Assembly (NCBI GenBank): GCA_964036045.1
Contig: OZ038378.1
Span: 7,130,001-7,194,000, forward strand
Direction of reading: 5' to 3'
DNA length: 64,000 nucleotides
Source: Eutreptiella sp. 'Long Island Sound 2002'
Taxonomy: Eukaryota; Protista; Euglenida
Shown: one piece after another, positions 56,290-64,000 of the stretch
Position numbering within the stretch: the stretch's first letter is position 1
Layout: the number at the start of each line of letters is the position of its first letter
Notes under the pieces: model-generated
What the model saw: the letters and a program-made list of their open reading frames with translations, nothing else
The model's database searches: none
What the model was told of the DNA's origin: nothing
Program-made: the position numbers and the translations under genes

Positions 56290-57770
56290 ACCCTACCCCT
56301 TGGTGAAGGATATAGGGTATTGTTGCATTTGGTCACTTTTGCACACCCACCCATGAACTTCAGGACCTTCTTAGGCTCCACAACACTCTGCTGAATAATG
56401 AGGAAACTTGCAGATTTGAACTTACCCACTACCAAGAAGCCCCGCTTTGTTGCTTTATTTGTGCCCACCGTGTGTCCCGTAGGGGGCGTTGTGTGGGGTA
56501 TATTCACAAAGCCCTTGAAAAGGGCTATTTGGAACACCCTGGGTCTGCATGCTGCACTGACAGTATGTTTGAGATTTTCGTCCTTTTTGGAGGGTGTGTG
56601 TGCTGCCTCCTCCCTCTTTTTGTCAACCAGGAGCCGCCATGTCTTCACACAAATTCAAACCACATGTTGTGGCTTCCCCTGATGCATGACAACAGCCTCT
56701 GGTGCGCACAAGAGCGCGCCGTGAGGGTGCAAATTGGGTGCGGGTGACCAGGCATCCTAAGAAGGAGGCCAAGAAGCCTCGTACGGTTGGTTCTCAACGG
56801 CGTGCAAGCACCCACAAGGAACACCAGATTCTGTCCACCACAAAGGCTGTTTCTTTTGCACGTCAATTTTGGGATGGTAAAGTGCACCCCACAAAGGCTT
56901 CATAGCATGAGTAGCTGGCCACATGCATTGACGTTGATTTGGAGAAAACTGTGAAGCATGCATAGTGCCACAAGTACACTAGAAAGAGGGGCATCAGACA
57001 ACTTATTTGGTACTGCACCGTGGGGAATAGTCAGTGGGTCCCTCTGCATTACTCCGCCCCATGCATCGTCGAGTTTCCAGCTTTGTACTCAAAAATGTGA
57101 ACACCTACCCCGCCCCCCCTCCCATACATTTATGAAATGGCCTTTTCTCATAGATTTCAGAAAAACATACACATACCCCCCCCCCCCCCAAGGAACGATA
57201 TTTTGGAGCATTCGACGGAAAGTTCAGAACATTTGGGACCAATGCCAAACCCACCGAGTTGGCACATTTTGAAAGAGGCTAAGAGATACGGTTTGTACCC
57301 CTATGGCGGTACAACGGCTTTAACGGCAATTGCACACCAAGCAACACATAATCTGCCATTGTGACCCTGGAATAAGTTGGCTCATTCCCTTTTGGTGACC
57401 CTTTCGTAGTCCATACTTCATCCCTGTAGTCCCATCCCCCCCATCGTCATTTGACTCTTTAATGCGATGTTGCCGAGCTGTCTGATGGAAAGTGAATGGT
57501 CGTGGGTTGTTTAGTTGCCTCAAGGTGGCATTCGTTCGTTTTGGTACCCCTGATAGGTGCGCTCCCTTCAAGGTGCAGAAATGTATGTTGTAGTTGAGAG
57601 TTTCAAGATAGCAACATACATGGGTTGCTCAAGGGCAATGCCTGGGTGACGGATAAAGATACAACGGACAATCAACTCGGTGGGGTTTGCCGGGCTCATA
57701 CGCTTGGTGACCCTGAAAACCCCATGGACGAGGACGTCCACCGTCAAAACCAAAAAAGCCCAGCGCAATA
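56290..57770 (-). pseudogene. Degenerate LINE-like reverse transcriptase remnant
   Basis: YGLRKGHQKG (QG-motif-like) followed downstream by GHTVGTNKAT..VEPKKVLKFMG (RT domain 6/7-like). Many disruptions. Confidence 0.35.
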
Positions 57771-57852
57771 GCCTCTATTCATTCATTCATTCATTCATTC
57801 ATTCATTCATTCATTGTCTGGCAATGCACGCCCCTGCCCGGCGCAACAGCCT
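57763..57852 (-). mobile_element. 66-bp 5'-truncated retroposon with a (TGAA)9 tail and 12-bp TSD
   Basis: GCGCAATAGCCT (57763-57774) and GCGCAACAGCCT (57841-57852) flank (ATTC)n plus ~28 bp of unique sequence. Confidence 0.6.
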
Positions 57853-60800
57853 GGCGCTTCGCGTAGGAGGGTCCACTGCAAAAGCGTGCCGGGTGGCATG
57901 CTGCTAACACCCTCGCCGACAATGGAAAGTGTTGTTCCTTGGTCCCCCCAAAAGACATCTACTTTGTGGCATGTTGTGCAAGCAAACACATAGAGCGCAT
58001 CAGTGGCCGGCAAGGCGCTATGTACTCCCTGACCATTCCAAGGTGGTGGGTGGCTCCAACAGAAAGGTGGGGGGGGTTCCCCAAAGATGAGGAACGGCTC
58101 TTAATGGAGTCAGGGTGTTCAGAAAGGCTTGTCAGGTGGTGCTGTTGGTGGGGGCTGGGGAAGAGAGTTGGTGCAATGGTCACTAGTCCAAGGCAGGATT
58201 GTTTCTCATTTGACCACTGCTGATGAACGCGCCCTTCATTTCCAAACAGTCGAAGAATGGCTGTGCATGTTCGATGAACGGCGGACGCGGTTGGGGAACC
58301 AAACTAAGCAGACAAGACACTGGGCATGTCAAAAAGATGATTGTTTGATGGTGAAGCCCGGCACGCAACGCTTTTGTCGCAAAAAAGAGAAGGACGTGGG
58401 GTGATCTGTGGCACGGGACACCAAGAGTAATAACAATCGTAATAGCCACCTTGCAGCGGTAGGCACCTCGTGCGCTATGCGGGGACTACTGTATCCTCGG
58501 ATTGAACTTTGGAAGCTTTGGAAGACACAAACCTCTTCCCACGGGGCGAAGGCCCCGAAGTGTGCCAGGGGCTAGAGGCTGATTGGGAAGGAGTCAGGTG
58601 AGCATAGGGAGTCATATCACCAATCCATGCACAGGCTTGTACATGGAGGCGGGTGCGGCATATGCCTAGGGGTGTTGCCGACCACACAACCCGCCAACCA
58701 CGCATTCAGAAACGATCCTCTGCGGTGGATCACAAATACGCTAAACAAGAGAGTTGAGTCACTCTAGATCGTGTTAATGGCTCCACAGATACCAGGGATT
58801 TTGGCTGTAAATTAGGGTAAAGACCCCATTCCCCTCCATGTCACATATTTCCGCCTTGCTTCATGGAGAGCTGGTTTCATAGTTTGGTTGGCAAGGCTCA
58901 GAGTACCTCTTTGAGGGTAGCAAGTGTGCTATCCGACGCGTTGCGTCCGAAAGTGCCAGGCCAAGAAAAGGAAGTGGGAAGATGACACACCTGAAGAGTA
59001 CACCATGCAGTACACCAGCGTGTCCTGCATTCAGGCCTCACAGGCGATTGTCGGGACGATTGACAACAAGGAACCGCCGTTCGATGACGTGCTGCTGCAA
59101 ATTGCTCAAAGGGCCCAGCAGGTGTGGAGATAGAAGACCAGAAGCCCCTGAACCTCTCCCAAATTTGGTTTTGTATTGCTGTCTTCTGCGTTTCCCCCGT
59201 TGGGGATCAGAATCTTTACCCAGGCACACCTGTGCAAACACACCGTGTGCATACGCCATACACGCGTTTACACATGCCTACACCTTCTCCACCTCCTGAC
59301 TCGCCGCACACACCTTCACGCTGTACACATCGTATACATACCCTGTACACACCGTTGTCGCCCGAAACACACCACATACCCTGTATACACACCGTTTACA
59401 CACTGCGCACATTCTACCCATCCAGCCCACACCTTCTCGCCATCCTGGCACCCGGTGCACACCTGAAACACATGTGTGCACCTGATCCACCCTACACACC
59501 CGTTTTACCACCTGCTGGACTATCTGGACTCTGTGTCGGGGTGTTGCAACAAGTACAAACGTCATCATATCATGTCACCGCATGGTCCTGCCCCCCTATC
59601 AAGACTTAGGCCAGCCTGTACTCTACAGTGTCCATTGCCAGTCAGCCCATGTTGACGAATAATTCAGAACATGTCACTGAAAACCAAGCTGAATGGTGGA
59701 TGAGAGCGGATGCCATTCCTCATCAATCCAACACGAAGTCGCAAACAGATCACTGAAGAAGGAGGTGCAACTTACAAGTCGCATAAGTAGGTATATCATC
59801 ATGTCAATGAGGTGCTAAATAGAACACTTGACTGGCGAGTTAAGCCCATATGTCGCTTGCATGGGGGATGCATGTCCTCTGTGTGCGACCAGGCGAAGAA
59901 GCAGGGGCTGCACTGCACCAACGAGCACCAGACTCTAGAGAATTAGTCGGGTTTGCATGCATGGCGACGGTCGCCACCCTGTCACTCTGATGTCGTGTAC
60001 GAGTCACGTGCTTCATTTGAATGGTTGGCAGGCATCATCGCACAAGCAGCCGGGAGCCAGCCCCGGCCATGCCGCCCCTTGGGCGCTGGTGTGGTCCTGC
60101 ACTTTGTACACCCGTGTCACGTTGCAGCACATGGCCAAATGGACACGAGTGCTAGCACGTGCAATCTTCACAGAACCCGCAGGCCGGCACGGTCTTGCAG
60201 GGTCGTCGCTGACTGCTATGCCTGCATCGTTGCTCTGGCTTCCCGGCTGGGAGACGTGTGCCCGAGCATGGCGTGTGGTCGCGCTGTGCGTCCGACAAAT
60301 ATAGCCCTGATGCCCCCCCCTGGTCCGACCAGTAGTGGTGGCAGTGAAACGCCCTGCTGGCTCTGCGCCAACTAGTTCCACTCAGAAACAATTGTCGCAG
60401 GGGGGGTCGTGGCCCCCCAACACCTCCAGGGGCCCTGCGCTAATTGGTTTTACTGGTAAACAGGTAGCGCCGCGGAAAATGTTTGTCCTCAACAATGGGA
60501 ATCGCCGTGCCTCAAAACAGTTACCTCCTTTTACTCCTGGATTTGTCTGGCAGTGGATGTGGATGTGGTCGAAGGTGCGGTTTGGATGTGCAGACGAGAG
60601 TGGGTGACTCGTCGATTTGGGTGTGGGTGATCTGCACTGCACCGACCATAGAGGCTGGCGCATGATCAGGGCACTAGAGCACCCTTCGCGGAGATGCATG
60701 AGCTCAAGCCGCATGCTGTCCTTGCGGCGCGCCCTGCTGTGCGAAGTTTGGGCAATTGATTTGCCTGGAAGACATTTTTAGGGGTGAACGTTTGGAGGTC

Positions 60801-61329
60801 GTTGCTGAAGATGATCGTCCATGAGTGGTGCGCACTGCGAGCGCGACATGTTTCCCCATATGTCCCAGCAATAGTCCTAGGCTTTGGTGGCAACGCCACC
60901 CCTCACACACCAAACCATTTGTGCCGCAGGCATCTGCCGATATACCGCACGCCGTCACATCTTCGCCAGCGTCGACAACATCACAGCCTAGCCCAACGTT
61001 TTCAGAGGTGCTCGCGGATATACAAAGGCTGGTATGCTTCGATTCCCGGGTGAATAGTAGGCGTTGTGCAATGGCAAGTGCGAGTGGGAGGGCGAGGGCA
61101 AGCGTAGAGGTACCACGTGTTCATGCGGACGAATGATTCACAACACGAATGGATTTTTTTTGTGAATGCGGATAGTCCTTCAGTGGCTCTTTGGTGCGGA
61201 CGCTTCATTCGCACTGAGTGTATATGCTTGAGTGTGCTTGCTGTTACATGTTGCTACCACAAGGGGGCGCTGCAACCCACACCCTAATCAACACGAGGTA
61301 TTGGGGCTGGGCTGGTGGGGAAGGGAACA

Positions 61330-63495
61330 TTGCACAAGGTACAAAGCGCACTCCGCTCACTGCACAACACGCACCTTGTACGCTGCACAGTATCCAGCTG
61401 TTCCAAACTGCATTGCACACGTTGAACATTGTGAACAGCACAGTGCATGCTGCTTTTTATACATTGCTGAGGACAAATTCTTCAAACACAGTGCACTCTG
61501 CACACCGCACAGCGGTGCCCATTGCGCAAACACCACATTTTGGACATTGCACACTGTGGCACTACGCACCCATCACCCTGCAGCATTTATCCAGGAGCAT
61601 CTCTAACTCGGTCGCATTTATGTTTTGTACTACTTCTTCCTCCTTCCTGTGGTTTCACCATGAAGGGCATGAGCTGCCTTTCAGCTTGCTTGCGCCTTTC
61701 TTGGCACTTTGCCCTATTTGTCTTCACGGGCTTCACGGGCTTCACGGGCTTCACAGGCTTCACTTCTTCTCTCAAGCTTCCTGATCTGTGTGTTCACCTT
61801 CTGTTTTGTGACCACCAAATATGTTTTATTCATTTGAGCCAGTTTCGGCCTTCGGTCCTAGATCGTTCTGTTGGTGAGGTTCTCTCAGGCTTCTTCCTCC
61901 ACTATGCACTGCTTGCACGCACGCACGCACGATGCACCGCCTTCCCTTGCCTTGCACTTGTCTTCCATCGCCCATGCAGTTAAGGTTCGCTTCTGTGTTC
62001 TGTTCATATGTTGTCCTCTTAGGTTGCTGGTTCCTATAGACTGCAAACACACGACCTTTGCACAGCACTACAGAGTTGGGGGAAGACGGCAAACAAGAAA
62101 TTTTCGTGGCAAGGGGCCGCAAGCATGAGCCACCAGGGGGGGGGGGGGGGCATCATGCCCTGAGGGATGGTGCCACAGGTAAATTTGGAGGGCTGCGCCC
62201 CCGGTTCGTAGCTTGGGTGATTTCCATCAACCGGGGGCGACACCCTGCAGGGCAGGGCCCCAAGGTGCGTGTCGCACCAACAAGCCCTCAAGCAACTGCA
62301 CGAGTCAGGTACGCTATTGTAAACTACCTGGCCCCTTAGATCAGCCCTAATTTTCCGTCACTCATGATTCATTCACCTTGGGGTCAGCCCACACCCTCTG
62401 TGTAGCTCACCACCTATCTCTCTCCGAGGTGATTGACAACAGAAACGTACTAAACTGCGGTCTGCCACCCTACAAGGCCTGAGAGCGAGGTGTTGGTCCT
62501 GTGCAGGCCCGAGGGCACCGCAGCACGCGGGGGGGGGGGGGGGGTCAGGTTGGCCGCCCCTGCACAGGGCCTGCACGCCGCAGCAACGTAAAGTGGGAAA
62601 GTCAAGGGAGCCGCCACAGCGGTGGCTGGGTCCCATGCACTATTGTAGGTTTTTCCGGAAGGTGCCTCCTCCTCGGCCCCTTTTCACCTACCGTGTTGGT
62701 CGCCAAAAGATTTGGATTTATTGTTGTGCAATAGTTCTCAGTTCTTAGCACGCAGGCACTTCAATTTTTGTTTTATCTGTTGTGATACTTTGTTTCACTT
62801 GTGGTATACCCATCTCCATATTTTCCTTATGCTTTCTGCATGCTAGTTGGATTGCACAACAAAAGACTGCTTTCCATCCTTTTCCATGTTCCTTGCCATC
62901 TTTGCAGAGGAGGGCTCGGTTAAGGAAAGACAAGTGTGGGTATTGGCATGAGTATGGACATGGGTATGGGTATGGGTATGGCAACGGGTTGGGGTAGGAG
63001 TACGGATTTAGGTATGGCTATGGCTATGGGTATGGGTATGGATACGGGGATGCTTTGGGAGTCGAGAAAGTTGCAATCGATTTTGGAAATACCAAGAGCA
63101 AGGTGCAGTGATTCGAGCGTGCAGGCTGAAGTGTGCAACGTGTGTAATGTGCAAAGTGTGGAGTGCTCGAAATGCAAAGTGCCCAGTGTGGAATGCACCA
63201 AGTATGTATTATACCGTGTGCCAAGTGCAAAAAGTGCAGTCAGTAGAGTGCATGGTATGCAGTATCCAAACTCGTATCATGCAATGAGCAAAGTGTGCAG
63301 TGTGCAGTGCAGTGCACAGACTGCATAATGTGTAGAACATAGAGTGTGCGACACGTAAGACGTGTAGTGTGCACAGTGTGCACTGCATATTGCACCAGGT
63401 GCATAAAGTGAAGTGTGCGCAGTGCCGCAGTGTGCAATGTCCAAAATGTGTTGTTTGTGCAATGGGCACCGCGAAGTGTGCAATGTGCGTGACCC
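61330..63495. repeat. TGCAC-rich arms in inverted orientation (possible old foldback element)
   Basis: GCGGTGCCCATTGCGCAAACACCACATTTTGGACATTGCACACTG (~61512) is the near reverse complement of ~63425-63471. Confidence 0.5.
62950..63045. repeat. (TATGGG)n-type hexamer microsatellite
   Basis: Directly visible in two short blocks. Confidence 0.85.
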
Positions 63496-63639
63496 CCACT
63501 GCTGCCCAGGGGCGCGTGACCTCACCGTGGTGTGGGGGTGAAACCGGGGGGGGGGTCCCCCAGGCTAACACGCAATCTGGGGGGTGACCAGGTCCAGCCG
63601 CGGCGGCCTGGTCACGGGATCCCGCGCCCCACCCCTCGC

Positions 63640-64000
63640 CGGCCACCGTGGGACAGCCACGATGGCACAGGGCGGGCTCCACCGGGGGGTGGCGGTATGC
63701 AAGAGAGCCCCGGGTCTCCCTGTGGCCCAGCCCTCTCCAGGGCTCATGTGTTTCCCCCTCTCGCCCCCACCCACGGCGCCGTGTGTCTTTGCACAGGTAC
63801 ATCATGGGTGGGGACCGAGTACAGGAACGCCATACCGGGCCTGGGGTTAAACTCCATGCCTCGGACGGCTGCTACGAGGAATTTTGCGCACCGAGACCGG
63901 GGGAGGGTCCCGCGCCTACCGCTACGGTGCTCACTGCGCCGGGGCTAGGGTACCTTCCTATGGTTTCGGCTGCGACATGGAAGAAGGGGTGGCCCCCCGG
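63640..64000 (+). pseudogene. Degenerate APE-type endonuclease remnant of a non-LTR retrotransposon
   Basis: HRGVAV (GGVAIL-like) followed in another frame by RYIMGGD (IxGGDFN-like). Confidence 0.35.

Noticed and set aside
59780-61200. Possible LINE endonuclease remnants
   Set aside because: No convincing GDFN or SDH motifs found.

Overview
Eukaryotic, transposon-saturated genomic DNA. A protist is likely and a euglenid is plausible (TTAGGG-type repeats, GT-AG intron, splice-acceptor-like AGs just upstream of ATGs), but the taxon cannot be proven from this window. Three probable host genes are present: an intronless bacterial-type DegT/DnrJ sugar aminotransferase ending in a peroxisomal signal (-AKL), a two-exon CaMK-like kinase, and an intronless 1669-aa membrane-anchored subtilisin with EGF-like repeats. 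Three DNA transposons still have TIRs and target-site duplications. (1) A 4421-bp hAT element (8-bp TSD GTATAGAG) has an intact transposase fused N-terminally to an AT-hook and a complete aromatic-cage chromodomain; this is the best candidate novel system. (2) A 2818-bp Mutator-like element (9-bp TSD) carries a Ulp1/clan-CE cysteine protease with a His-Glu-Cys triad. (3) A 4428-bp Mutator-like element (9-bp TSD) encodes a SWIM-finger protein with no recognisable DDE domain and has 21-bp phased subterminal arrays. The rest is MITEs, mini- and microsatellites, tRNA-derived motifs and decayed Ty3/gypsy, DIRS and LINE remnants. All domain calls are motif recognition by eye; no database searches were run.
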